DNA of 62,586 nt, filler included, from Nemertoderma westbladi (taxonomy: Eukaryota; Animalia; Xenacoelomorpha): assembly GCA_032718475.1 (NCBI GenBank). It is 4 parts of 4 records of this genome, joined end to end, with 100 filler letters (N's around TTAATTAATTAA, not from the genome) between each part and the next. Parts side by side here need not be neighbours in the genome. Positions count along the whole stretch, not along the records: positions 35,815 to 54,205 come from JAUCBJ010002112.1; positions 54,306 to 62,586 come from JAUCBJ010000681.1; 2 more parts are not named here. One strand, 5' to 3'. Below, in pieces: positions 51,901 through 62,586 of the stretch (positions are counted from its first letter, which is position 1; each line of letters opens with the position of its first letter). Below the pieces are notes generated by a model that saw only the letters and a program-made list of their open reading frames with translations, had not been told where the DNA came from and searched no databases. A program made the translations under genes and the position numbers.

Positions 51901-52077
51901 TGCAATGCTACTGGGTCATATGTTATTGTCTGTTGTGCTAGCCAATACAATGGTTGTGATTATAAGAACGACAGCCCTAAAGAACAGATTCGAAGTGAAA
52001 TTGTCTAATTACAGAACCTATATGAAGACAATTGGAGTAAAGGACAACTACATTCGGTCAACTATAACAAATATGAG
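36910..52077 (+). CDS. Four-repeat K+-type cyclic-nucleotide-gated-family channel (CNGK/tetraKCNG-like), partial; exons 36910-36954, 37208-38119, 41173-41320, 45493-46498, 46920-50732, 51803-52077
   Basis: All six exons have AG/GT sites and join in phase (1,1,2,0,0,2) into ~2065 uninterrupted codons. Four TM modules with pores GFGD (38035), GYGD (47286), GYGD (49092) and GYGD (51848), each followed by a C-linker. Three CNBD-like domains visible. Start codon and fourth CNBD not found. Confidence 0.85.
37208..38119 (+). CDS. Channel exon: repeat 1 S1-S6 and pore
   Basis: FVMNIISIVPLD, HRYIRLIEF, YVVGIYWAIITSMLVGFGDI. Donor AG|GTAGGT. Acceptor could be 37208 or 37235. Confidence 0.85.
38147..39002. 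mobile_element. Mutator(MULE)-type non-autonomous element in channel intron
   Basis: Exact 9-bp TSD TATACAATA (38138-38146, 39003-39011). Long TIRs beginning GGATAGTACTCTA. Confidence 0.88.
39880..40700 (+). mobile_element. Highly decayed Gypsy RT/RNase H remnant
   Basis: PTNLSGLRSFI, VKLALVSPQVL, IELETLAIAWAVKKC, LDAIENP, WKKGKVHYAPDA spread over shifting frames. Confidence 0.7.
41173..41320 (+). CDS. Channel exon: repeat 1 S6 end and C-linker
   Basis: TTTAG|GT TTG..TAC AG|GTTTGT. Reads LLNGTLAAIMAD..FTKHSKKVKQYLK..VMDHY. Confidence 0.85.
42659..43919 (+). mobile_element. Merlin-family element (inner, nested) with deleted transposase
   Basis: TIR GGTACTAGTGTGTTATA / TATAACACACTAGTGCC, exact 8-bp TSD GTTCAAAT (42651-42658, 43920-43927). 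Confidence 0.9.
42936..43451 (+). pseudogene. Merlin/IS1016-like transposase lacking the DDE core
   Basis: N-terminal GLL..C..C, SARKGTWFSNSK and LVDWHNYTRE are joined directly to the C-terminal NPFSDLLHLIIKYYP. Confidence 0.75.
45493..46498 (+). CDS. Channel exon: CNBD-like domain 1 and repeat 2 S1-S3
   Basis: PNEIIFEKGTINDALIFVSKGSVE, DIYVRLH, FIIDLLPALPFE. Acceptor TTTAG, donor GGG|GTATTA. Confidence 0.85.
46920..50732 (+). CDS. Channel exon (3813 bp): repeat 2 S4 to repeat 4 S5
   Basis: Open frame of 1271 codons with TTTGYGD, AMNVGYGD and VFREGDSGEFIYFITRGEV..SFGE. Donor AGA|GTAAGT. Confidence 0.92.
51060..51128 (-). mobile_element. tRNA-derived SINE head / tRNA-like remnant
   Basis: Minus strand shows A-box-like TATCAGAATGGTTAGAGC and B-box GTTCGATCC. 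No clean cloverleaf. Confidence 0.5.
51803..52077 (+). CDS. Channel exon: repeat 4 pore, S6, C-linker
   Basis: TTTCAG|YIVSLYWATATITTVGYGDV...NM AG|GTAAAT. Confidence 0.9.
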
Positions 52078-52577
52078 GTAAATTAACAATATTAATTTAC
52101 TTCTTAATTAACTTAAGTTAATATTAAAATAATAATATACTCATCACCACCCCCCCCCCCCCCCCCCCTCCATCGTGGGCAGGTCCGCGGAAAAATTCAC
52201 GGGCCCTATGGGCGCATTTCAGAATTAAGATTGGGTGAACCCTGACGTCCGTTATCACAAACAACGTCGTGACAACGACAGTAAAGTCTTCTGCTGATGC
52301 AGAATCAGTGTACTCATACCAAGGCTTCCTTTAAAACATGTAGTGAATATTACTACTAAGATCAGCATGCTGCATTTCAGCTGCATTTTTAAGAATGCTG
52401 TGCCGGCTTGTCGACAAAATTGCGCCGCCAAAACTCCCTATCACCCATGACATTTGCCAGATCATCCACATCTTCAAGGCCAGTGTCTCAAGAGATTCAT
52501 GGGCTGTCCACCATGCTTATTGACTCCATGAGGCCACCAAAGCACAAGATTATGCATTGGGTGGTTCTCACGGCGAA

Positions 52578-54205
52578 CTGCCCTACTGCTCTTTCGATGT
52601 CCTGTCTGCCCTACTGCTCTTTCGATATCCTGTTTGCCCTACTACTCTTTCGATGACCTGTCTGCCCTAATGATCTTTCGATGTCCTGCCTGCCCTACTG
52701 CTTTTACGATGTCCTGTCTGCCCTAATGCTCTTTCGATGTCCTGTCTGCCCTACTGCTCTTTCGATGTCCTGTCTGCCCTACTGCTTTTTCGATGTCTTT
52801 TCTGCCCTAATGCTCTTTCGATGTCCTGTCTGCCCTACTAGTTCTTTCGATGTCCTGTCTGCCCTACTGTTCTTTTGATGTCCTGTCTGCCCTACTGCTC
52901 TTTCGCTGTCCTGGCTGGCCTACTGCCCTTTCGATGTCCTGTCTGCTCTACTGCTCTTTCGATGTCCTGTCTGCCATACTGCTCTTTCGCTGTCCTGTCT
53001 GCCCTACTGCTCTTTCGATGTCCTGTCTTTCCTACGGTTCTTTCGATGTCCTTTCTGCCCTACTGCTCTTTCGATGTCCTGTCTGCCCTACTGCTCTTTC
53101 GATATCCTGTCTGCTCTACTGCTCTTTCGATGTCCTGTCTGCCATACTGCTCTTTCGATGTCCTGTCTGCCCTACTGTTCTTTCGATGTCCTGTCTGCCC
53201 TACTGCTCTTTCGATATCCTGTCTGCTCTACTGCTCTTTAGATGTCCTGTCTGCCATACTGCTCTTTCGATGTCCTGTCTGCCCTACTGCTCTTTCGATG
53301 TCCTGTCTGCCCTGCTGCTCTTTCGATATCCTGTCTGCTCTACTGCTCTTTCGATGTCCTGTCTGCCCTACTGCTCTTTCGATATCCTGTTTGCCCTGCT
53401 ACTCTTTCGATGACCTGTCTGCCCTACTGCTCTTTCGATGTCCTGTCTTCCCTACGGTTCTTTCGATGTCCTGTCTGCCCTACTGCTCTTTCGATATCCT
53501 GTTTGCCCTGCTACTCTTTCGATGACCTGTCTGCCCTAATGCTCTTTCGATGTCCTGCCTGCCCTACTGCTCTTTCGATGTCCTGTCTGCCCTGCTGCTC
53601 TTTCGATATCCTGTCTGCTCTACTGCTCTTTCGATGATGTCCTGTCTGCCCTACTGCTCTTTCGATATCCTGTTTGCCCTGCTACTCTTTCGATGACCTG
53701 TCTGCCCTACTGCTCTTTCGATGTCCTGTCTTCCCTACGGTTCTTTCGATGTCCTGTCTGCCATACTGCTCTTTCGATGTCCTGTCTGCCCTACTGCTCT
53801 TTCGATGTCCTGTCTGCCCTGCTGCTCTTTCGATATCCTGTCTGCTCTACTGCTCTTTCGATGTCCTGTCTGCCCTACTGCTATTTCGATATCCTGTTTG
53901 CCCTGCTAATCTTTCGATGACCTGTCTGCCCTAATGCCCTTTCGATGTCCTGTCTGCCCTACTGCTTTTTCGATGTCTTGTCTGCCCTAATGCTCTTTCG
54001 ATGTCCTGTCTGCCCTACTGTTCTTTCGATGTCCTATCTGCCCTACTGCTCTTTCGATGTCCTGTCTGCCCTACTGTTCTTTCGATGTCCTGTCTGCCCT
54101 ACTGCTCTTTCGCTGTCCTGTCTGCCCGACTGCTCTTTCGATGTCCTGTCTGCCCTACTGCTCTTTTGTTGTCCTGTCTGCCCTACTGCTCTTTCGCTGT
54201 CCTGT
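52578..54205. repeat. 28-bp satellite CTGCCCTACTGCTCTTTCGATGTCCTGT (~58 copies, runs into gap)
   Basis: Head-to-tail units with recurring variants. Confidence 0.97.
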
Positions 54206-54305
54206 NNNNNNNNNNNNNNNNNNNNNNNNNNNNNNNNNNNNNNNNNNNNTTAATTAATTAANNNNNNNNNNNNNNNNNNNNNNNNNNNNNNNNNNNNNNN
54301 NNNNN
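54206..54305. other. Assembly gap with artificial linker
   Basis: N44-TTAATTAATTAA-N44. Confidence 0.98.
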
Positions 54306-54592
54306 CAGTAACATCAATTAATTGCATAAAATGAATATGAATGTCATGTATATTTCTATACATTGTAATACAGTATTACTGAAAAATTAAGCATTCAGAG
54401 CGCCGATAAGTTTACATAATGTAACAAAATTATGTTATGTGTAAAAAGGGTAAAAAGGGCACTCACTAATTAACAATATAAATTAATTGCAGTTACTACA
54501 ATAACAATAACTGTACGCTAAATAATCCTTCACTTACCATATAATGCAGAATCATGGCCTACTATATTTATACGGCCTAACAGGTCACTTAG

Positions 54593-55470
54593 CTGGCCTC
54601 TTAAAAAGAGGCCAGTTTTTTTTAACAATATTTTGAGATTTTGATATGGGAAGAGTATTATAAATTTTCATTTGCAGCAATTTGGTCAACGGATGTAATT
54701 GAAGTCTCCTCATTAAGCAAGATACTAAATTTTATGGTAGCTAGTGTTTTAGGTAGGTTTAGCTAGTAATTTCCACACTGCACTGGTTCCGACATCCTAC
54801 TTCCTTCTATAATTTTTTTTAGTAGCTAGATTTTATTACTATTAGTATAGAAAATGTTCCAGAACATGTTAGCTATTCATTTTAAAAAAAAAATATGTTC
54901 TAGAACAAATATATTTTGTTCTAGAACATTTTTTTGAAAAAAATCTGGATTATGTTTAAAACGCATGGAATCGTTCTAAAACGTGTTGAATATATAAATA
55001 ATTTTCGAAATTTTTTTTTCCAAAAGATTTTTCAACAATATTTTTTTTCACAATTTTTTTTATTGATTTTCAACACGTTTTAGAACGATTCCATGCGTTT
55101 TAAACATAATCCAGATTTTTTTCAAAAAAATGTTCTCGAACAAAAAATATTTGTTCTACTGTAGAACATATTTTTTTTTATAAATGAAGAGCTAACATGT
55201 TCTGGAACATTTTCTATACAAATAGTAATAAAAACTAGCTACTAAAAAAAATTATAGAAGGAAGTAGGATGTCGGAACCAGTGTTGAAATTACTATCTAA
55301 ACCTATCTAAAACACTAGCTACCATAAAATTTTGTATCTTACTTAATGAGGGAACAGACTTCAATTACGTCCATTGACCAAATTACAGCAAATGAAAAAT
55401 CATAGAACTCTCCCCATATCAAAATCTCAAAATATTGTTAAAAAAAACTGGCCTCTTTTTAAGAGGCCAG
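54593..55470. mobile_element. ~880-bp foldback (near-palindromic) MITE; second copy starts ~62233
   Basis: Left and right halves are reverse complements (CTGGCCTCTTAAAAAGAGGCCAG ends). Carries TGTTCTAGAACA motifs. Confidence 0.85.
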
Positions 55471-56359
55471 GGCCAAGTAACTCAAAAAATCTTGAAATTG
55501 ACCTTGAAACTAACCTTGAATCTATTTTACTAGTATTCCTATCTGAAATATTTCAAGGCCAACCTTAAGGTAGACTTACGATTTTCCACAAAGTAAACTT
55601 CACATTTCAAGCCGGTAACACAAAATATCTTGACTTGAGTTGAAGTCAAGATTCGAAATAAATTTCAAGGTAGCCATGTAGGTACCTTCAAATTTCAAGG
55701 TATCTTCAAATCAATGTTTCAGCTGTTAGCTTTCCGCTACCGGTACCGTAAGCGGCATTTTTGCAGAATACCCCAGACCCGAAATTTCTAAATAAAACTC
55801 AGTTTATCATGAATATAATGAATGATATTGTAGCTAGAGTTATACTGTACAGCGGCACTTCTACGAGTATGTGTGTGTACCCATGACCGGGATTTTTTGG
55901 TAGTAGCTAGGTTTTGCTATTTTTTTTAAAATTTTCTATATCAAATTAGCTATAGTTTTGTAAAAAAAAAAATGTTCTAGAACAAATATTTTTTGTTCTA
56001 GAACATTTAAAAAAAATAAATTTATTAGAAATTATTTGTTATGTTAATAAATAGTTTAATTATCTATAAACATTAATAGCTACTAATTATTTTCAAGCTA
56101 GCTAGTGATTTTACAAGTTTAGCTATCATTAAAAAAAATTTCAGAAATTAATTGAAATTATGTGTAATAAATTGTTTTTTTTAATAATAGCTAACTTGCA
56201 AAATCACTAGCTAGCCTGAATATTAAAACAACACCAATAAAAACCTGTCCCGGAGATCCCCTACCTTCTACAATCCTGAAGGGTTGCATCCACTTATTAT
56301 ATTTCCAGTGTTTGTATTATTCATCAACTTGTCATTCTCTACTGCAAAAGTACGTCGAT

Positions 56360-57040
56360 CCTCTTCAAGGAGTCAATATTACGGCCCCTTAAGAAAGTGC
56401 GCCTTGATCCAAATGTTCTCAACAACTTCAGACCAATATCTAATCTGAAGTATATAGCTAAACTCACGGAGAGAGTAGTTGCCAGACAGTTAATGCATCA
56501 TTTAACTATAAACTCACTACATGAACCTTTTCAGAGTGCCTATCGTAGCGCACACAGTGTTGAGACCGCCTTATTGCGTGTAAATAACGACGTTTTACGA
56601 TGCATTGATGATGGTGAGAGTGTTATTTTGATAATGCTAGATCTATCCGCTGCTTTCGATTCGATCGATCACGATATATTGCTTTCCACTCTAAAGAACG
56701 ATTTTGGTATCTACGGCCAGACTCTAAATTGGTTCAAATCTTATTTGTCAGATCGGATACAGAATGTTCAGATAGGCTCAGCACAATCTGCTTCCAGAAC
56801 ATTGCGGTATGGTGTACCACAAGGTTCGGTACTTGGACCCCTGCTTTTCACACTGTATACTCGGTCATTATCCCGCGTTATTGCTAAATATGGTCTTGGG
56901 TATCATTTGTATGCCGACGATACACAAATATATATTTCGTTCAAGCGTGAAAACTTGTCTTATGCGATATTGTTAAGTGAAAAATGTATAATTGAAGTAA
57001 AGCAATGGATGACTAGACACTGGATGAAGATGAACCCTGT
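56360..57040 (+). mobile_element. L2/CR1-group LINE reverse transcriptase fragment
   Basis: LDPNVLNNFRPISNL, FQSAYR..HSVETAL, LDLSAAFD, GVPQGSVLGP, YADDTQIY, W...MKMNP. Truncated at both ends. Confidence 0.92.
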
Positions 57041-57662
57041 AAAAGCTTCTGTGGGATATAACTGGCCCCTTTTGCTTCGCAATCCAGTTTCCCCCCAGGC
57101 GCTGGAATACTCTAAAAAGGTTCTCTAACTGTATATATATTCCCCTCGCCCGCAAGGTACCGTTACAGGTGTTTTAACGGACATAAAAGTCATTCTTCTA
57201 TATACGTGCTTTGGCGGACATGGTAAGGCAAAAAACCTGCAATGCACCAAATACCTTTACACGGCTTGGCCTTGATGATTCAGATTGCGACATCTAGCAG
57301 CTGGTTGCTGGCATGGAAACAGCCATTGGACGCAGGGTTCTTTGTTTGGCTTGAGCCAATCAGAGCGATTTTTTCTGTCGACGTGTAGATATTCGGTCGA
57401 TCATACTAGGAGTGTTCAGTCTTACTGTTTTTCTTGATATAGTTTTGTTGTTGCTATCTAGGCCAGGAACACCGGCTCTAGAGTCAATTCGTTTCAGACT
57501 TTAGAAGAAACATTAGTACTGTAGGCTTAAGATTATAGAGCGTATAACTGTTATCGGTCCATATCAGTACATTGTCATATCATATCTTAACCTACCGTCT
57601 TAATGGTTTGCTGTTGTTTGGTTGAATATTATTTGGAGAACATTTATAAAGAACCCAAATTT

Positions 57663-57844
57663 CCGCTCGACCTAGTAGTAGTAGTAATACCGCCGCCCCC
57701 TGTCCGAGTCCGCTCGACCTAGTAGTAGTAGTAATACCGCCGCCCCCTGTCCGAGTCCGCTCGACCTAGTAGTAGTAGTAATACCGCCGCCCCCTGTCCG
57801 AGTCCGCTCGACCTAGTAGTAGTAGTAATACCGCCGCCCCCTGT
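57663..57844. repeat. 47-bp perfect tandem repeat (~3.9 copies)
   Basis: CCGCTCGACCTAGTAGTAGTAGTAATACCGCCGCCCCCTGTCCGAGT at 57663, 57710, 57757 and 57804. Confidence 0.95.
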
Positions 57845-59099
57845 ATACAGTATACCGTTACGCCATGTAATACCGGTATTTGGTTTTCTTTTATTCTTTT
57901 CAATTTCAGTTATTGTTTAGTGACAGTTTTTTTAATATGCAAGTAACAAAATAGGGTATTCTAGAATGTCATGTTTCATTAGATACTTCATCTTTTATTT
58001 TTTGAAAGAAATACAACTTCGCTTAAAAATAGCTAGTACCGGTACCGGTATTATTTTTTTTAAAACACTAGCTAGACAAAAAATACTAGCTACCATAAAA
58101 AATAAATATATTTTTTTGCCGCGGGATATGTTCTAGAATATTTTAATATATGTAAAAAAAACTGCTTAAAAATAGCTAGTAAAACAATCTGAATATGGGG
58201 CGGACGGGCGGAACTGTTGCCGAGATGGTATTTACATCTATGGTACTGTATGTATGGTGGTTGGTTATTTAGAATTTTTTATTATTTATCAATGAGTGAC
58301 TAAGTTATTAGCGTCCGCAAAATATTAAATTACCGACAAAGTCAACCAGGACGGTTCCCTAGTAGCCTATACGTTAAGGCTTACTAGTTCTTAGTCGTGA
58401 CCCAGAAGTGGTTAACAAAATGTTACTCACAATGAGGGGACCTACATAATGACCCTCAACCAGGTGCTCCACCAATTGTTGCTCGAGTGATGTCAGACTA
58501 ACTAAAGTAATTGTTCGTTTTATTGATTAAGGCTCAATACGAATGATGTGCGCTCTGTTTAGCTACTGTATGCAATGTATGTTTTGGCTAATGTTACTAT
58601 AGCATCAAGTTTTCCATAATATAATGAATAATTTAATACACAATACTTTTGTTACATTATGTCAATGACTTCTAGAACACAGGGTTTATTCGAAACAATA
58701 TAAGACGAATACTATGAATAAATACTATGTTCTGGAAGTCCGTGATTAATTATGTCAACTTATCACCGCTCTGTTGATATCTTCGTAAAGTTGCAAACTT
58801 CCTCTTTAAGGCTTTACGATCGGACGGACTTTAGGCCCACAGTATTGTTAAACATTATAAACTAGTCCTTTAAGCAACGGTAGTGTTCTGACTGAGTATA
58901 ATAAAAATGTACCGGTATATAATTTACATTTCTGAATAGTAAAAACTGTATTTTTTCGATATCTGCCTATTTTGTATAAAAAACTAGCTAGTGAATAATT
59001 ACTAGCTACTTTGACTATCAAATATAAATTACTAGCTACACCATGACTCATAAATTATTCCAGACAAATATAATATGATTGAGAATTAAATTATATCTT

Positions 59100-59550
59100 A
59101 AACCTTTTTTCTAGCTAATAAATAATTACAGGTACTAGCTAACACAAAATCAAATGTACTAGCTACCATCTTACTGTCAGAAGGTCAAATATTTGTTCTA
59201 GAACAAAGAACATCATAATAAAAACCGTTAAAAAAAAAAGTTGATCAAAGTTTTTTTTCAATTATAATTTTATTTACTAGCTAATAAATAGTACCGGTAC
59301 TAGCTAACACAAAATCAAAGGTACTAGCTACCATCTTACTGTCAGAAGGTCAAATATTTGTTCTAGAACAAAGAACCTCATAATAAAAACAATTTTTACA
59401 AAAAAAAGTTGATCAAAGTTTTTTTTCAATTATAATTTTTTTCACTAGCTAATAAAAAGTACTAGCTAACACAAAAGTACTAGCTACCATCTTACTGGCA
59501 GAAGGTTAAATATTTGTTCTAGAACAAAAAACCTCATGATAAAAGCCATT
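59100..59550. repeat. ~160-bp tandem repeat, 3 copies
   Basis: CTAGCTACCATCTTACTG(T/G)CAGAAGG..TGTTCTAGAACAAA occurs three times. Confidence 0.85.
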
Positions 59551-59603
59551 TTCATATGAAAAAAAAATGGCCAAAAAGAGGGTACCAAAAGGTGGGTAAT
59601 GGT

Positions 59604-60667
59604 CAAGGTGTACTAAATAACAGGTCATGCAGCGAGCGGATTGCTAAAATTAGCGTGGACCGATCTTTTCTCTATTTATGTCTCTATTTTATAATACAGT
59701 ATTTCCTTAGAAACTTCTTTTATGCTACCCTGTACTTTTGTTAGGTGGATATGATGAATAGGGTTCATAGAAATGTAATAAAATGTCTTTCTGGAATTTT
59801 TATCTTGTAGTTGCCAAGGTAACCGGGTGCAAATTTTAAACTTTGCGCGCCTGTATTTCAAGGCGACAATATATTCTTTCCTTGAGATTTGGTAGGTGAT
59901 TAAAGGAAATAAAAGACTATCAAAATATTTTACATTTGAATTAGTTTACATTCCCGTTGCCATGGAAATAAGTATAATGAAAAATTGTCTACCAATTCTA
60001 TAAAACACAATTTTTATTCGGTTTGTCAGTCTAAATAAAAAGCTAAAATTGCCAACATTTTATTTTATAATTCGTCAATTCTGAATAATATTTCTAAAAG
60101 TCAATATGTGCCAATAAACTGAACTGTCCAATCAGAGAGCAAGACCTGTGGTAGCATGATTTTGACATTCCAGAATATTAAATTCTGGTTAGCAATTATT
60201 AGAAATAAAGGACAGCCATCAGTCGTGTTTGTTGAAAATTATATAAGTAGTAAATAGTAGCCCAATTTCTATCTGGCGGTCATAATGGGAAATTATCGTA
60301 ATTCCCGTCACCATGGAAACGGCATAGAAAAAAAATTAAAATGTAAAATATTTTGATAGACTCTTATTTCCTTTACTCACATACCAAATCTCAAGAACAG
60401 AATCCCTTGTCGTCTTGAATTACAGGCGCTCGAAATTTAAACTTTGTACCCGGTTACCTTATGGCAACTACAAGATGAAAATTCCAGAAAGACATATTAC
60501 AGTATTACATTGCTATGAATCCTAGTCATCATATCCGCCGAACCAAAGTAGCACATACGAGGTTTCTAAGGAAATATTATGAAAAAAGTGCCATAAATAG
60601 GGAAAGATCGGCCCACGCAAATTTCAGCAATCCGCTCGCTGCATGACCTGTTATTTAGTGCACTTTG
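59604..60667. mobile_element. MITE with ~350-bp TIRs, P/hAT-like termini
   Basis: CAAGGTGTACTAAATAACAGGTCATGCAGCGAGCGG / CCGCTCGCTGCATGACCTGTTATTTAGTGCACTTTG. TSD GTAATGGT / GTAATGAT matches 7/8. Confidence 0.8.
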
Positions 60668-60849
60668 GTAATGATACACTTCTAGAACACGTCTTGAGTA
60701 TTATCCATTGCCCAGTAATAATACACTTCTAGAACACGACTTGAGTTTTCTCCGTGGCCCTAGAGTGGAATGGATGATAGCCATAGATTATTTACCGTAC
60801 AGTTGTTACAGTAACATCAATTAATTGCATAAAATGAATATGAATGTCA

Positions 60850-61997
60850 TGTGGGGCGAGCCACGAAGTTGGCGGAGCCTTAGCGAATTGACACTGTTAG
60901 GGGGTGGGTCAATTTATGCAAATAGTTGTCGTCGTCGTCGTTGTCGTCGTCGTCGTCGTCGTCGTTGTCGTCGTCGTTACGATTTTGACATGCTAATAAC
61001 TTTGTCGGATTTAAAGCTGCCAAGTTGAAAATTTGTAGGTATCAATATGAGCAAAAGTTGAGATTTTTGAGAGACGTTCAGACACCATCAGTGCAATGGT
61101 CTCCCGCTAGAGGGCCACATGTCTAAACATTAAATGCCCTCCCATTTCTTTGCTTTTAATCCGTTTAAGCTGAAACTTGGCAGATATGTATTAGACCATT
61201 AGCTGTGACTTTCAAAGGAGGCGAATCCATCTGCAGTTCTCCAGTCTGCCGCTAGAGGGCCAAAGGTCTGAAAGTGAAATCGTTGTCGTCGTTACGATTT
61301 TGACATGCTAATAACTTTGTCGGATTTAAAGCTGCCAAGTTGAAAATTTGTAGGTATCAATATGAGCTAAAGTTGAGATTTTTGAGAGACTTTCAGACAC
61401 CATCAGTGCAATGGTCTCCCGCTAGAGGGCCACATGTCTAAACATTAAATGCCCTCCCATTTCTTTGCTTTTAATCCGTTTAAGCTGAAACTTGGCAGAT
61501 ATGTATTAGACCATTAGCTGTGACTTTCAAAGGAGGCGAATCCATCTGCAGTTCTCCAGTCTGCCGCTAGAGGGCCAAATGTCTGAAAGTGAAATCGTTG
61601 TCGTCGTTATGATATTGACATGCTTATAACTTTGTCGAATTTAAAGCTGCCAAGTTGAAAATTTGTAGGCATCAATATGATCAAAAGTTGAGACGTTTGA
61701 GAGACTTTCAGACACCATCAGAGCAATAGTCTCCTGCTAGAGGGCCACATGTCTAAACGTTAAATGTCCTCCCATTTCTTTGCTTTTAATCCATTTATGC
61801 TGAAATTTGGCAGATATGTAATAGACCATAGGCTGTGGCTTTGTAGGGAAACTAATCCTTCCTTCTTCAGTTACCCAGTCTCCCGCTAGAGGGTTAACGT
61901 TTTCCGGGAAAATCTTCTCCTATGTTTTTATAATCCTTTCGAGTTGATACTTAGCATTAACTCATTTCACGTGCTGCGCGAAGGCCCCACTTCGTGT
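60850..61997 (+). mobile_element. DINE/HINE-like (Helentron-associated, tentative) non-autonomous element with 315-bp internal tandem repeats carrying CTCF motifs
   Basis: Absent from the matching sequence at 54306-54360. 5' hairpin GCCA-CGAAGT-TGGC, short sub-TIR GTGGGGC/GCCCCAC, (CGT)n at ~60927-60977, ~3 units of period 315. The same 5' end recurs inverted at 35635-35673. Confidence 0.75.
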
Positions 61998-62586
61998 ATA
62001 TTTCTATACATTGTAATACAGTATTACTGAAAAATTAAGCATTCAGAGCGCCGATAAGTTTACATAATGTAACAAAATTATGTTATGTGTAAAAAGGGCA
62101 CTCACTAATTAATAATATAAATTAATTCCAGTTACTACAATAACAATAACTGTACGCTAAATAATCCTTCACTTACCATATAATGCAGAATCATGGCCTA
62201 CTATATTTATACGGCCTAACAGGTCACTTAGCTGGCCTCTTAAGAAGAGGCCAGTTTTTTTTTTAACAATATTTTGATATGGGAAGAGTATTATAAATTT
62301 TCATTTGCAGCAATTAGGTCAACGGACGTAATTGGAGCCTCCTCATTAAGCAAGATACTAAATTTTATGGTAGCTAGTGTTTTAGGTAGGTTTAGCTAGT
62401 AATTTCCACACTGCACTGGTTCGGACATCCTACTTCCTTCTATAATTTTTTTTAGTAGCTAGTTTTTATTACTATTAGTATAGAAAATGTTCCAGAACAT
62501 GTTAGCTATTCATTTAAAAAAAAAATATGTTCTAGAACAAATATATTTTGTTCTAGAACATTTTTTTGAAAAAAATTTGGATTATG
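61998..62586 (+). repeat. Direct duplicate of ~54350-54954
   Basis: Collinear with scattered substitutions and small indels; 60809-60852 matches 54306-54349. Confidence 0.9.

Noticed and set aside
52578-54205. 28-bp repeats as a CRISPR array, and the Cys/Leu-rich ORFs over them
   Set aside because: Units are head-to-tail with no unique spacers, there are no cas genes, and the ORFs are satellite translations.

Overview
AT-rich, repeat-dense animal genomic DNA with three 100-nt scaffold gaps (N44-TTAATTAATTAA-N44). Full-length CTCF motifs suggest a bilaterian invertebrate, but this is inference. (1) 1-11797: a decayed BEL/Pao LTR retrotransposon on +, with the 5' LTR outside the window and the 3' LTR at 11219-11797. 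Between pol and the 3' LTR it carries an extra ~860-codon ORF that is not env-like. It encodes a DEDDy (WRN/EXD2/mut-7-type) 3'-5' exonuclease-like domain plus three CCHC zinc knuckles, and is the best candidate for an undescribed system. (2) A repeat family carrying arrays of CTCF core+upstream motifs, at 11798-13442 (-) and 60850-61997 (+). The second copy has its own empty site inside the window. (3) A Penelope-like fragment with GIY-YIG endonuclease and a minimal hammerhead ribozyme. (4) An internally deleted Mag-clade Gypsy element with both 77-bp LTRs, a tRNA-Leu PBS and a 5-bp TSD. (5) A spliced host gene (36910-52077, +) for a four-repeat CNGK/tetraKCNG-like channel with asymmetric filters and degenerate cyclic-nucleotide-binding domains. 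(6) Self-nested Merlin elements, MULE/hAT/P-type MITEs, LINE fragments and several minisatellites. Domain calls come from motif recognition by eye; no database search was run.
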